A stretch of 41,102 nt of DNA from Octopus sinensis (Eukaryota): positions 1 through 41,102 of the forward strand of contig NW_021826209.1 in the NCBI RefSeq assembly GCF_006345805.1, given 5' to 3'. Shown piece by piece: positions 1 through 10,863 of the stretch. How positions within the stretch are numbered: the stretch's first letter is position 1; the number at the start of each line of letters is the position of its first letter. The translations under genes were made by a program, and so were the position numbers. The notes under the pieces are model-generated. The model was not told the DNA's origin. It did not search any database and worked only from the letters and a program-made list of their open reading frames with translations.

Positions 1-430
1 CACACGCACACACACACACACACACACACGCCATACGTATGTATATATGGCACATGATCAACTGACGCAAAAACCAATCCGATGAACAAGCATAAGAAAT
101 CACACCAACATAAGCCACCAAACCAACTATTAACAGTTCTCGCCTGAAGATTGTCGTGGCATGAAACTCGAGCCGCGAGAAAATTGGACAGTTTAAATAT
201 ATAGCATATGTGTATGGGAGTGTCTTCATGTGTGAGTGCGTGCGCTTATTCGTGTGTACGTGTGTACGTGTTTGCGTGTGTGTGTATGTGTGTGTGTGTG
301 TGGTGTGTGTGTGCTGCATTATTTATTTGCATTTATCCACTTCCGTTAAAGTGTGAGGCTAGGGAGAATATATATAATATTAGTACTCTTGCTAATATTG
401 CGTTCACTCTACATGAAGTCATTATTTTTT

Positions 431-593
431 TAAGCCTGGTACTAATTCTATCGATCTCTTTTACCGAACTGCCACGTTACTAGGTAGGACGTAAACAAAT
501 ACTGGTTGTCAAGCAGTGGTGGCAAACACAGATTCACACACACACACACACACACCACATACACACACGCACACACACACGCACACACACACG

Positions 594-631
<38 letters not shown>

Positions 632-801
632 CATGACGGGATTCTTTCAGTTTCCGTCTACCAAATCCACTCACAATGATTTGGTCGACTCGAGGCTATA
701 GTAGAAGACAGTTGCCTAAGACACCATGCAGTGGGACTGAACCAGGAACCATATGGTTGGAAAGCAAGCTTCTTAACACCCACCTACCCACGCCTGCGCC
801 T
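431..801 (-). mobile_element. tRNA-derived SINE family A, 3'-truncated
   Basis: Head AGGCGCAGG...GGTTCAGTCCC on the minus strand, internal (CA)/(TA) microsatellite; similar to many other copies in the window. Confidence 0.85.
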
Positions 802-837
802 TTATATGTGTCTGTTTGTGTGTGTGTGTGTATGTAC

Positions 838-863
838 TCAAAGAGAGTACGAATGATTGATAG
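838..863 (-). CDS. Candidate terminal coding exon (T)INHSYSL-stop
   Basis: Pyrimidine-rich acceptor tcattctcctctacaacag| in phase 1 giving a short C-terminus. Alternative acceptors at 359 and near 153 are also possible, or the gene continues beyond the window. Confidence 0.25.
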
Positions 864-1136
864 CTGTTGTAGAGGAGAATGAGATGTATACTAAAAATTT
901 GTGTTTAATTTAATTTAATTTAATATGTATAAATTAAATTACTTTCTTGTGCTATTTTTTTTATTCACTTTGTATAACATTCTATAAAGAATTCGGACTT
1001 TATACTACTTTGGTATAACATTTTCTTTTTATCGATTGCTTCGACGACATTCGCACAAAACTATATTCGTTCTACAGAGATCATCATCTGTATTATCATC
1101 ACCACCATCATCATCATCGTCATCATCATCACCATT

Positions 1137-1330
1137 GACGAGCTGGCAGAATCGTTAGCACACTGGCAAAATGCTTGACGGCATTTCACCCGTCTTTATG
1201 TTCTGAGTTCAAATTCCTCCGAGGTCGACTTGGCCTTTCATCCTTTCGGTGTTGAGTATTGGGGTCGATTTAATCGGGTAGCCCCCTCCCCCAAAGTTTC
1301 AGGCTTTGTGCCTGTAGTGGAAAGGGTTGA
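1137..1330 (+). mobile_element. tRNA-derived SINE family B, type-2 tail
   Basis: gagctggcagaatcgttagc head, B-box gagttcaaattcc, core gcctttcatcctttcgg (reminiscent of the Deu/Nin SINE domain), tail ccctcccccaaagtttcagg. Confidence 0.8.
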
Positions 1331-1379
1331 TTTTTATCATTATTATATTTAAAGTGACCGAGGGAAGTTTGTGTTTAAG

Positions 1380-1760
1380 GAGAGAGAGAGAGAGGGGGAG
1401 TGAGAGAGGGGAAGTGAGAGAGGGGAAGTGAGAGAGGGGAAGTGAGAGAGGGGAGTGAGAGAGAGAGAGAGGGGAAGAGAGAGAGAGAGGGGAAGAGAGA
1501 GAGAGAGGGGAAGAGAGAGAGAGAGGGGAAGTGAGAGAAAGAGAGAGAGAGAGAGAGAGAGGAGAAGTGAGAGAGAGAGAGGAAGTGAGAGAGAGAGGGG
1601 AAGTGAGAGAGAGAGGGGAAGTGAGAGAGAGAGGGGGAAGTGAGAGAGAGGGAGAGAGGGGAAGTGAGAGAGAGAGAGAGGGGAAGTGAGAGAGGAGAAG
1701 TGAGAGAGAGGGAGAGGAAGTGAGAGAGAGGGAGAGGAGGTGAGAGAGAGGAAGTGAGAT
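1380..1760. repeat. Polypurine (GA)n / GGGGAAGTGAGA minisatellite in an intron
   Basis: Direct reading. Confidence 0.95.
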
Positions 1761-1781
1761 GAGGATGCAATTTACACTTAC

Positions 1782-2351
1782 TTTCACACGTTTGTGTCAT
1801 GACGTGTCTCTCAAACTGAGGCAGAAGTTCGTAAGAATCAATCTTAAAAACTAGTTGACCGTTGCTGGCGATGGCTTTGAGTTCTTCCATCGACACATTG
1901 TTACCGATACCGACAGCAATCATCTTGATGCCATCCTTCCTGGCATAGCTTGCCTCCTGTTTCGTTTGCAAGGGATCCGTGGATCTGCCGTCGGTCAACA
2001 CAACGCAGATTCTTTTGACACCCGGCCGTGTGTTGCTAAATACGTTCTTTCTGGCGAAAGCAATGGCCGTTCCCGTTTCCGTTTGGTCACCCATGTCTCT
2101 GCCACGATAAACAATGCCCTTGATACCAGCCAGGACTTTCTCCTTGGTTTTGTGCGTTGAGAATCCGAACGCCGAGTCACGAACGACTTCCTGTCCGAAC
2201 GAGATTGCCGCAACGCGGATGTTTTGAGGACTGATATTAAATATGGAAACAAGTTTCATAACAAATTCGATTTGTTGATCGTATTCGTGCGCATGAATGC
2301 TCCTTGAAGTGTCGATAATGAAAGCAATGTCTAACTTGTCGTCTTTACACA
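1782..2351 (-). CDS. von Willebrand factor A domain exon (collagen VI/XII/matrilin-like extracellular vWA module)
   Basis: Translation CKDDKLDIAFIIDTSRS...TETGTAI...VVLTDGRS...IAVGIG...TQTCE has the MIDAS DxSxS, T and D residues plus flanking Cys. Acceptor tttcag| at 2352, donor |gtaagt at 1781; 570 nt, symmetric phase 1-1. The supplied 325-aa ORF runs past the donor into GA microsatellite. Confidence 0.95.
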
Positions 2352-2950
2352 CTGAAATTTAAAACAGCCATTTTTAAGAAGAAAAAAAAAGAATATAACC
2401 TCTTTTAATTAAGAAAAAGAAAATTTGAGGAAAAGCAGACGACAGCTGGTAAAAGAGAAAAAAGATGTGACTGACGGAAAGAGACAAAAGTCGTTAATGA
2501 TGGAAGGTAAAATACAGAGAAGATACAGGCGACAAAGAGTTTGATATCGTATCATGTATAACTACATGTCCTTATTTATGAAATGCGGTGATTCAATTTG
2601 AGGTAGATTTAGCAGCTATTTTTTGCAGGTCGATCGACCGCGTAGTAACGTAAATAAAAAAAATAGACAAACAGAAAGAAAGGAAATACTAGACAAACAG
2701 AAAGGAAAAAAAAAAGAAAGAACGAAAGAAAGGAAGGAAAGAATGAAAGAGGAGTATGTTTAAACAAATTTTTGGAAACATTTCTTGATAAAGTCAAATT
2801 ATTTTATACAAAAAATTATTACGTGAAAACATAAAAAAAAAAAACAGCAGGGATTAGCACCTACCTGTCGGAGACAGGTAACAGCGGAAAACACCTGTGT
2901 TAATCTGCGTTCTTTTAAAAGGGCATTGTTCATGTAACTAATAACTCTCT

Positions 2951-3185
2951 CTCTTTTACTCTTTTACTCTTTTACTTGTTTCAGTCATTTGACTGCGGCC
3001 ATGCTGGAGCACCGCCTTTTTAGTCGAGCAAATCGACCCCGAGACTTATTCTTTGTAAGCCCAGTACTTATTCTAATCGGTCATCGGTCTCTTTTGCCGA
3101 ACCGCTAAGTGACGGGAAGTAAACACAAAACCAGCATCGGTTGTCAAGCAATGCTAGGGGGACAACACAGACACACACAACACAT

Positions 3186-3216
<31 letters not shown>

Positions 3217-3388
3217 CATATATACGACAGGCTTCTTTCAGTTTCCGTCTACCAAATCCACTCACAAGGCATTGGTCGGCCCGGGGCTATAGCAGAAGAC
3301 ACTTGCCCAAGATGCCACGCAGTGGGACTGAACCCGGAACCATGTGGTTGGTTAGCAAGCTACTTACCACACAGCCACTCCTCCGCCT
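2951..3388 (-). mobile_element. SINE family A, full length
   Basis: A-box/B-box-like head, internal microsatellite, (GTAAAAGA)n tail. Confidence 0.9.
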
Positions 3389-3513
3389 AATTTTAATTCT
3401 TTTAAAAAATTTTATTTTCAGATAGATGCACGCACTCACGCACACACACACACACGCATACACGCACACACGCACACACATTTTAATGTAGAAAAAATTA
3501 AGTTTCTACTTAC

Positions 3514-3552
3514 ATATATTGGAATCTCCGCTGCTGGCTCGAACATCGATCG
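3514..3552 (-). CDS. 39-nt microexon of the vWA gene, (T)IDVRASSGDSNI(L)
   Basis: Acceptor tttttttttccatttccag| and donor |gtaagt; phase 1-1; splices in frame to the vWA exon (T+TG=Leu). Confidence 0.8.
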
Positions 3553-4407
3553 CTGGAAATGGAAAAAAAAAGTCAATAATAAATAAGCAAATGAAAATAC
3601 GCCGCCATTACTAGTTTGTAAATTTGCACCAATAAATAGGTCTTCCGTCGGTTTCGTCGATGCTTGCTTCATTTGTCCATTCAAAAGTACGTACTCATTT
3701 GATATTAGGCTGAGTATTCCGTAAACACTCGTACCTACCTATAAGATAATCCAGGAGCAGACTGATAATGGCATTCTATTTGACAAGGCTGACTGCATTA
3801 TAACCACAGAACAGCTTGATGGCAATCGATGAGGGTGGTAGCGGCACATGTGCCTCTAACTTAAATTCTCAGGCACTTTTAATGTGGCACAATGCATAAC
3901 GAGGTCAACCGTCCAAATTGCAGGTGTAACCGACTCAACGCACTTTTACACGCAGGGCTTGGGTCGAATCAATAGTGTTGGGGCTCGGAGGAAATTGTTC
4001 TAGATGCCGCAGAATGAGATCGAAACTGGGACCTGTTTATTCCTCATCTACACACACACGCGTAGATGCTCGATTTTTTGCAAGCTTTTTATAGATGGGT
4101 GGTTCTCCAATATGGCGATAACCCAGTAAATGGATCCTGTAAGTTTTATACGTGTATATACGTATGTATGCGTGTATGTATGCATGTATGTATGTATGTA
4201 TGTATGTATGTATGTATGTGTGTGTGTGCATGTATATCTACATGTATAATGCATATGTGTGTGTATGCATGTATGTATGTATGTATGTATGTAGGCAAGA
4301 GTATCAACGAATTTGGATCGAACTGTTTTGATCTCTACATGTAACTCCCAATAAATTGATTGATTACCTTTCTTCCGTTTGTCCACACCTCACAACCACA
4401 TACAAAT

Positions 4408-4554
4408 ACGATGGGCTTCTTTCAGTTTCCGTTTACCCAACCCCTCACAAGGTTATAACAGAAGACACTTGCCCAAGATGCCACGCAAGTGGGACTGAAC
4501 CCGGAACCATGTGGTTGGTTAGCAAGCTACTTACCCACAGCCACTCCTCCGCCT
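4408..4554 (-). mobile_element. Chimeric SINE A at the duplication junction
   Basis: Left part matches the 5570-5641 copy; right part matches the 3293-3388 copy. Confidence 0.85.
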
Positions 4555-4676
4555 AATTTTAATCTTTTAAAAAATTTATTTAGATAGATGCACGCACTCA
4601 CGCACACACACACACACGCATACACGCACACACGCACACACATTTTAATGTAGAAAAAAATTAAGTTTCTACTTAC

Positions 4677-4714
4677 ATATATGGAATCTCCGCTGCTGGC
4701 TCGAACATCGATCG
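4677..4714 (-). pseudogene. Duplicate of the 39-nt microexon, 38 nt as assembled (1-nt deletion)
   Basis: Same splice sites, 1163 bp away. Plus strand reads ATATATGG versus ATATATTGG in copy 1, so it is either frameshifted or a sequencing error. Confidence 0.65.
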
Positions 4715-5569
4715 CTGGAAAGGAAAAAAAAAGTCAATAATAAATAAGCAAATGGAAAATACGCCGCCATACTACTAGTTTGTAAATTTGCACCAATAAT
4801 AGGTCTTCCGTCGGTTTCGTCGATGCTTGCTTCATTTGTCCATTCAAAAGTACGTACTCATTTGATATTAGGCTGAGTATTCCGTAAACACTCGTACCTA
4901 CCTATAAGATAATCCAGAGAGCGACTGATAATGGCATTCTATTTGACAAGGCTGACTGCATTATAACCACAGAACAGCTTGATGGCAATCGATGAGGGTG
5001 GTAGCGGCACATGTGCCTCTAACTTAAATTCTCAGGCACTTTTAATGTGGCACAATGCATAACGAGGTCAACCGTCCAAATTGCAGGTGTAACCGACTCA
5101 ACGCACTTTTACACGCAGGGCTGGGTCGAATCAATAGTGTTGGGCTCGGAGGAAATTGTTCTAAGATGCCGCAGAATGAGATCGAAACTGGGACCTGTTT
5201 ATTCCTCATCTACACACACACGCGTAGATGCTCGATTTTTTGCAAGCGTTTTATAGATGGGTGGTTCTCCAATATGGCGATAACCCAGTAAATGGATCCT
5301 GTAAGTTTTATACGTGTATATACGTATGTATGCGTGTATGTATGCATGTATGTATGTATGTATGTATGTATGTATGTATGTGTGTTGTGTGCATGTATAT
5401 CTACATGTATATATGCATGTGTGTGTATGCATGTATGTATGTATGTATGTATGTAGGCAAGAGTATCAACGAATTTGGATCGAACTGTTTTGATCTCTAC
5501 ATGTAACTCCCAATAAATTGATTGATTACCTTTCTTCCGTTTGTCCACACACTCACACACACATACAAA

Positions 5570-5718
5570 TACGATGGGCTTCTTTCAGTTTCCGTTTACC
5601 AAACCCACTCACAAGGTTATAACAGAAGACACTTGCCCAAGGTGTTACGAAGTGGGACTGAACCCGGAACCATGTGGTTGAGAGGCAAGCTTCTTACCAC
5701 ATAGCCACGCTTGCGCCT
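5570..5718 (-). mobile_element. SINE family A, 5' portion
   Basis: Head and body motif agaagacacttgcccaag...gggactgaacccgg. Confidence 0.85.
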
Positions 5719-5751
5719 GTTATGTACATTAATTTGAATAAAACCACTTAC

Positions 5752-5800
5752 TTTGAAAATCTTTCAGTAATTCTTTAATTGATGTCTTGTCAGGAAATGC
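5752..5800 (-). CDS. 49-nt microexon AFPDKTSIKELLKDFQ
   Basis: Acceptor tttttacatttag|, donor |gtaagt; phase 0 to 1; open frame; A+CG=Thr joins the next microexon. Confidence 0.8.
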
Positions 5801-5997
5801 CTAAATGTAAAAATTACAAAATATTATTCTTTTTAAAATATTTGTGAATACTCAACAAAGAACTAAAATAAATCTATTGCATTATTTTTCAATGTATAAT
5901 TCACTGTAAGCAAATTGTCCTTCTACAAAATGATATTTCGGTGTAAAAATCCTTTTAGATAGAACTAATGTGAATTTTATTACATCCAGACACTCAC

Positions 5998-6054
5998 TTG
6001 AAACCTCGCCTTAGTTTTAGTTCGCTTATGGTTCGTTATTGAGAAGAAAACCAT
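5998..6054 (-). CDS. 57-nt microexon MVFFSITNHKRTKTKARFQ
   Basis: Acceptor cctttttcag|, donor |gtgagt; only the phase 0-0 frame is open, matching its neighbours. Confidence 0.75.
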
Positions 6055-6215
6055 CTGAAAAAGGTAGCCAACCACTGTTTCGAGTGTTTTCATTATGGCC
6101 ATTTCAATATTCCGGTCACTAAACAAAGCCACGTTGAAATCTCATCTCGCGTGATGTTTTTTTGCAGTTGTATTTATGTTCTCTTCTTCTTCTTCCCTCT
6201 CGCATTTTCTATCGT

Positions 6216-6591
6216 TTACTCTTTTACTCTTTTACTTGTTTCAGTCATTTGACTGCGGCCATGCTGGAGCACCGCCTTTTAGTCGAGCAACTCGACCCCG
6301 GGACTTATTCTTTTGTAAGCCCAGGTACTTATTCTATCGGTCTTTTTTGCCGAACCGCTAAGTTACGGGGACATAAACACACCAGCATCGGTTGTCAAGC
6401 AATGCTAGGGGGACAAACACAGACACACACACATACGCATACATAATATATACATATACACGACAGGCTTCTTTCAGTTTCCGCCTGCCAAATCCACTCA
6501 CAAGGCTTTGGTCGGCCCGAGGCTATAGTAGAAGACACTTGCCCAAGGTGTCACACAGTGGGACTGAACCCGGAACCACACAGCCACTCCT
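6216..6591 (-). mobile_element. SINE family A with a short internal deletion in the head
   Basis: Tail, body and partial head; about 25 nt missing between ACCA microhomologies. Confidence 0.85.
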
Positions 6592-6607
6592 ATTTATTAG
6601 AATTAGT

Positions 6608-6810
6608 CGTTAGCATGCTGGGCGAAAAGTTTGGTGTTATTTTTTTCGTCTTTATGTTCTAAGTTCAAACTCCAGCGACGTCGACTTTATTTTTCGTCTG
6701 TTCGGAGTCTATAAAATAGTATACCAGTTATATACTAGGAGTCGCTGTAATCTACTAACCCGTCCCTCAAAATTGTTGGTCCTGTGCCCAAATCTATAAG
6801 CAGCATTAGT
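6608..6810 (+). mobile_element. Old SINE B, type-2 tail
   Basis: Degenerate head, core and tail. Confidence 0.65.
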
Positions 6811-7414
6811 CTTGTTATTGGTATTTTCTCTCATGTTTGGTAAACAAATATATATTTTTTTCTTCTACGATAAAAAAAACATCGATGAACTGCGATTTCA
6901 AATTCACGATTGATTCATATGTTAGTAATGTAACTTTCGGCCAGGAGGAAACGTCTGGTGGTGCCTAACCAGCTTCGGGCTTTTTCACCCCCAAGCACAA
7001 CGCCCTCCATTTTGTGAGGAGTCGGTGGTGATGGCCATTCATTGTCCATCTTTTTCTGGCTTCTGTCACCACTGTTTTCTATTGTTCCAGAGCCAGCATA
7101 AAGTTCTTTCTACTACTTGCACTCATCTTCCGAGCAGCTGTCTTCTTCACTTCATACACAGACACACACACACACACACACACAACACACACACACACCA
7201 CACACACGTATACTCGCACAGAAGGAGAAAGAGAGGAAGTGAGAGAGGAGAGATAAGAGAAAGAAGCGAGAGGAAGAGAGAGGTAGAGAGAAGAGAGAGA
7301 GAGAGGGAGAGAGATTGAAGAGTGAGAGGGCGAAGACAGAGAGAGAGAGGGGGGAGACAGAGAGAAAGGGAGAAGTGAGACAGGGGGAACAGAGGTGAGA
7401 GAGAACCAAGTCAC

Positions 7415-7453
7415 CTCCATTTCATAGGAATCGAACATCGTATCTTTCATTTT
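7415..7453 (-). CDS. 39-nt microexon KMKDTMFDSYEME
   Basis: Acceptor tccttccctaaatctctcccag|, weaker donor |gtgact; phase 0-0; preceded by an 85-nt intron (7454-7538). Confidence 0.65.
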
Positions 7454-7538
7454 CTGGGAGAGATTTAGGGAAGGACCTTTTAGTATTAGTAGTAGTAGTA
7501 GTAGTAGTAGTAGTTGTTGTTGTTTATTGGCTACTTAC

Positions 7539-7640
7539 CTTGCCAACAGACATAACCATCATCATCAGCATCATCATCAGTACGAACATCTTCCTCATCA
7601 GCATCATCGTCGTCGTCGTCGTCGTCGTCGTGGTAACCAT
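7539..7640 (-). CDS. First coding exon / signal peptide MVT9MMLMRKMFVLMMMLMMMVMSVGK
   Basis: Exon 7539-7668 with acceptor ttcatttctctattcag| and donor AAG|gtaagt. In-frame TAA upstream of the ATG; Kozak-like aatATGg; basic RK followed by a hydrophobic stretch and SVG. Confidence 0.7.
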
Positions 7641-7771
7641 ATTTGAGACCGCGATGTAATTTAATTAACTGAATAGAGAAATGAATATACAAATATATTA
7701 CTTGTTATTGTTGTTGCTGTTGTTGTTGTTGCTTAGCCCCTGGTCAGCTCTGACCAAGCAAAAACCTACCT

Positions 7772-8002
7772 ATTTCTTTACTACCCTCAAGGGGCTAAAC
7801 ACAGAGAGGACAAACAAGGACAGACAAACGGATTAAGTCGATTGTATCGACCCCAGTGCGTAACTGGTACTTATTTAATCGACCCCGAAAGGATGAAAGG
7901 CAAAGTCGACCTCGGCGGAATTTGAACTCAGAACGTAGTGCCAGACGAAATACCGCTAAGCATTTCGCCCGGGGTGCTAATGGTTCTGCCAGCTCGCCGC
8001 CT
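7772..8002 (-). mobile_element. SINE B, type-1 tail, with 14-bp TSD
   Basis: GCAAAAACCTACCT at 7758-7771 and 8007-8020. Confidence 0.9.
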
Positions 8003-8068
8003 ACCTGCAAAAACCTACCTGCAGATTAAAAACATTTCTGCCATGACTATTCCGTCTTTTATTTAGAC

Positions 8069-8355
8069 CGGTGGTTCTCAACCATTTTTAAAATTCTGGT
8101 GGACCCCTTTGATTCCTTTTTTTATTCTGATGGACCCCTTTCATTCTGTTTTTTTTTTATTCTGGAGGACCCCTTTTCTTACTATTTTATTCTAGTGGAC
8201 CCCTTTTCTTACTATTTTATTCTAGTGAATCCCTTTTCTTACTATTTTATTCTAGTGGACCCCTTTTCTTACTATTTTATTCTAGTGGACCCCTTTTCTT
8301 ACTATTTTATTCTGGTGGACTCCTTTGATTACTTTTTATTCTGGTCGACCCCCTC
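8069..8355 (+). mobile_element. hAT-like terminus followed by a 30-bp minisatellite (about 8 copies)
   Basis: CGGTGGTTCTCAACC resembles the hAT/Charlie CAGTGGTTCTCAA end; unit TCTAGTGGACCCCTTTTCTTACTATTTTAT at 8093-8355; no right TIR found. Confidence 0.6.
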
Positions 8356-8479
8356 CCCGTAGCCATTCCATGATTCAAAACTAATTTTATAGATACTTCT
8401 CTCAAAACCCTTATTTTGTTTTCCACGCATTAACTTGTGTAGGTTAAACCTTTGAGAAAACTAATGTTTATTTATTCCC

Positions 8480-8657
8480 ATTATTGGTTTGGATTAATCC
8501 TGCCATCATCTCGTAGCTTCGAGATTTCAGTGACGTATTTGCTTATCTTTTCAAACGGCATTGCAGGGTTGGTGTAAGAGGTTGGCCCTGGCCGGTTTGA
8601 ATGTAAGGGTTTGGATATTTGGGTCAGATATGGTCGGTTTAAACACTGAAGGGTTAA
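8480..8657 (-). mobile_element. Repeat fragment with a piggyBac-like terminus
   Basis: TTAA|CCCTT end on the minus strand at 8649-8657; other end not convincingly found. Confidence 0.3.
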
Positions 8658-9033
8658 ACTGTGTAAAAAAGGTAATGACCCTCTTCGATCATGAATGAGC
8701 ATGTAGTTATAGCTGTCGTTGCTGCTGTTGTTGTTGTTGTTTGTTGTTGTTGTTCTTCTTCTTCTTCTTCTTCTTCTTCTTCTTCTTCTTCTTCTTCTTC
8801 TTCTTCTTCTTCTTCTTGATACTAATATCATGACATAGAACTCAATCTACGTTTGCTTCCGAACGATGCGTTCGTGTCAAGTACTGAACAGTTATAGGAA
8901 AATGGATGACAAAGGAATAACCGATTATCTTAATGGACTTCATCAGATAATCGGTTATTCTTTTGTCATCTCATATATATATATTATATATATATATATA
9001 AAATATACATATCATATCACACACACACACACC

Positions 9034-9112
<79 letters not shown>

Positions 9113-9169
9113 TACATATACGTCATCTCATACACACCGACACTATATAGATGTGTGTGTGTATTAATA

Positions 9170-9310
9170 TTAGGTTGTCCCAAAAGTTCGTAAACACTTG
9201 CGAAAATTGAATTTTTACTCGCCAAGTACTAACAAAAACAACAAAAATTATTCCTCAAAATAAAGACCATTATTTTCCAAGACTTTCTAAGAACTTTTGG
9301 GACAATCTTA
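9170..9310 (-). mobile_element. 141-bp mariner-derived MITE
   Basis: 20-bp TIRs TTAGGTTGTCCCAAAAGTTC (2 mismatches), TA on both sides; interior encodes the transposase C-terminus ENNGLYFEE-stop on the minus strand. Confidence 0.85.
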
Positions 9311-9558
9311 TAATAATATTTATTTATTAGAAAACTGAATAGAAAATCATTCACATTTAGTTCAAACTTTAATTGTGCTCAACAGCTGTTTCATTAAGAT
9401 ACCAAAGGCATAATTGCATGATTGTATTACATTGGGTACATTTCAAATGTCTTTGCAACAATTTATTAGGAATGTGGCGTTATGTTAATTGGAAACCCGT
9501 CAATAGTCTACATACATCGAAACGCGAGAAACACAGAGAAGAAAAAGAATATATATAT

Positions 9559-9981
9559 AGGCGCAGGAGTGGCTGTGTGGTAAGTAGCTTGCTAACCAAC
9601 CACATGGTTCCGGGTTCAGTCCCACTGCGTGGCATCTTGGGCAAGTGTCTTCTACTATAGCCCCGGCCGACCAATGCCTTGTGAGTGGATTTGGTAGACG
9701 GAAACTGAAAGAACCTGTCGTATATATGTATATATATGTGTGTGTTGTGTGTGTGTGTTTGTGTGTGGGTGTGTTGTGTCCCCCTAGCATTGCTTGACAC
9801 CGATTGCTGGTGTGTTTACGTCCCCGTCACTTAGCGGTTCGGCAAAAAGAGACCGATAGAATAAGTTACTGGGCTTACAAAGAATAAGACCCGGGGTCGA
9901 TTTGCTCGACTAAAGGCGGTGCTCCAGCATGGCCGCAGTCAAATGACTGAAACAAGTAAAAGAGAGAGTAAAGAGTAAGAG
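9559..9981 (+). mobile_element. SINE family A, full length
   Basis: AGGCGCAGGAGTGGCTGTGTGGTAAG (A box), GGTTCAGTCCC (B box), internal TA/TG repeat, GTAAAAGAG tail. Confidence 0.92.
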
Positions 9982-10139
9982 TATATATATGTGTGTGTGT
10001 TTGTGTGTGTGTGTGTATGCACCCATATACATATCTATATTTATATTTTTTTTATAGTTTATCTAGTTTCAGCTCACGAGCTGTGGCCATGCTGGGGCAC
10101 CGCCATTCGGTTTTGCTACATGATTTTACTTCACACGAA

Positions 10140-10328
10140 TGCTTTTTAGCATTGCCATTTGGTGCAACGAGAGAGTTTCGATGCAGCTGCCCTCATCTGC
10201 ACCTCCTGCCGTGAAGTTAGTTCATCTGGGACACCTGACAGGAAGAGATCCAGTTTTTATTTTAAGAACATCTTCATCCACCCCATGCAGGTCTCTCAGG
10301 TCCTTCGGGAGGATATTGACGAGCTGTA
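10140..10328 (-). mobile_element. CR1/L2-type LINE ORF2 C-terminal fragment
   Basis: QLVNILPKDLRDLHGVDEDVLKIK/LDLFLSGVPDELTSRQEVQMRAAAS across one frameshift. Confidence 0.65.
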
Positions 10329-10345
10329 TACATACATACATATTA

Positions 10346-10383
<38 letters not shown>

Positions 10384-10551
10384 TATATATATATATATAT
10401 ATAAAACAACACACCACACACACATATATATATATGTATATACATAATATACATACACACCACACATGTACATATACTCAATAACGAATTAAAAGCGGTG
10501 CTAGTGGTATAAACATCATCGTTGGCACGTACTCAAGATACGACTTTTTTT

Positions 10552-10863
10552 GTGATAGTATGTTGTCAACTTAATGTGACAGTCCCATAAAAGGGAAGAA
10601 TGCTACTGTTATTTAGCCCTAGGAAACACCGTTTCCTGTTGGAACTTGAGACATTTCCTGTGTACTTATGTTTCCAAAGTGGAGATAAGCACCTCCACCT
10701 AGCAAAGCCAGAATCCAGAGACTAGTTTCAGAGTCATTGCTCATCATCAGTCTGGAGTAGCATGGCTTGCTAGCTGTCAAATCCAACAGGAAACGGTGGT
10801 AAATAACAATAGCATTCTTCCCTTTCATGGGACAATCACATGAAGTTGACAACATACTATCAC
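10552..10863. mobile_element. Fold-back / MITE-like element with about 80-bp inverted ends
   Basis: gtgatagtatgttgtcaactt...tgttattt (63 bp, 5 mismatches) plus caccgtttcctgttgga inverted at the other end; no clear TSD. Confidence 0.7.

Larger units (their letters stand above)
3293..5641. repeat. Direct tandem duplication, about 1165-bp unit x2
   Basis: 3293-4458 aligns to 4459-5622; the differences seen are mostly 1-nt indels and microsatellite length. Confidence 0.95.

Noticed and set aside
2868-2886. Short 8-bp hairpin TACCTGTC/GACAGGTA near here
   Set aside because: Too short to exceed chance in 41 kb; position approximate.
3730-4035. Possible exon in the duplicated unit (plus-strand Cys-containing frames; minus-strand AG/GT)
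   Set aside because: All frames hit stops or differ by frameshifts between copies; no recognisable domain.
9559-9640. SINE heads as tRNA genes
   Set aside because: A/B boxes are present but there is no complete cloverleaf, and they continue into SINE bodies.
10619-10855. ORF with hydrophobic SLWILALLGGG as a signal peptide
   Set aside because: Lies inside the fold-back repeat; no splice sites linking it to the gene.
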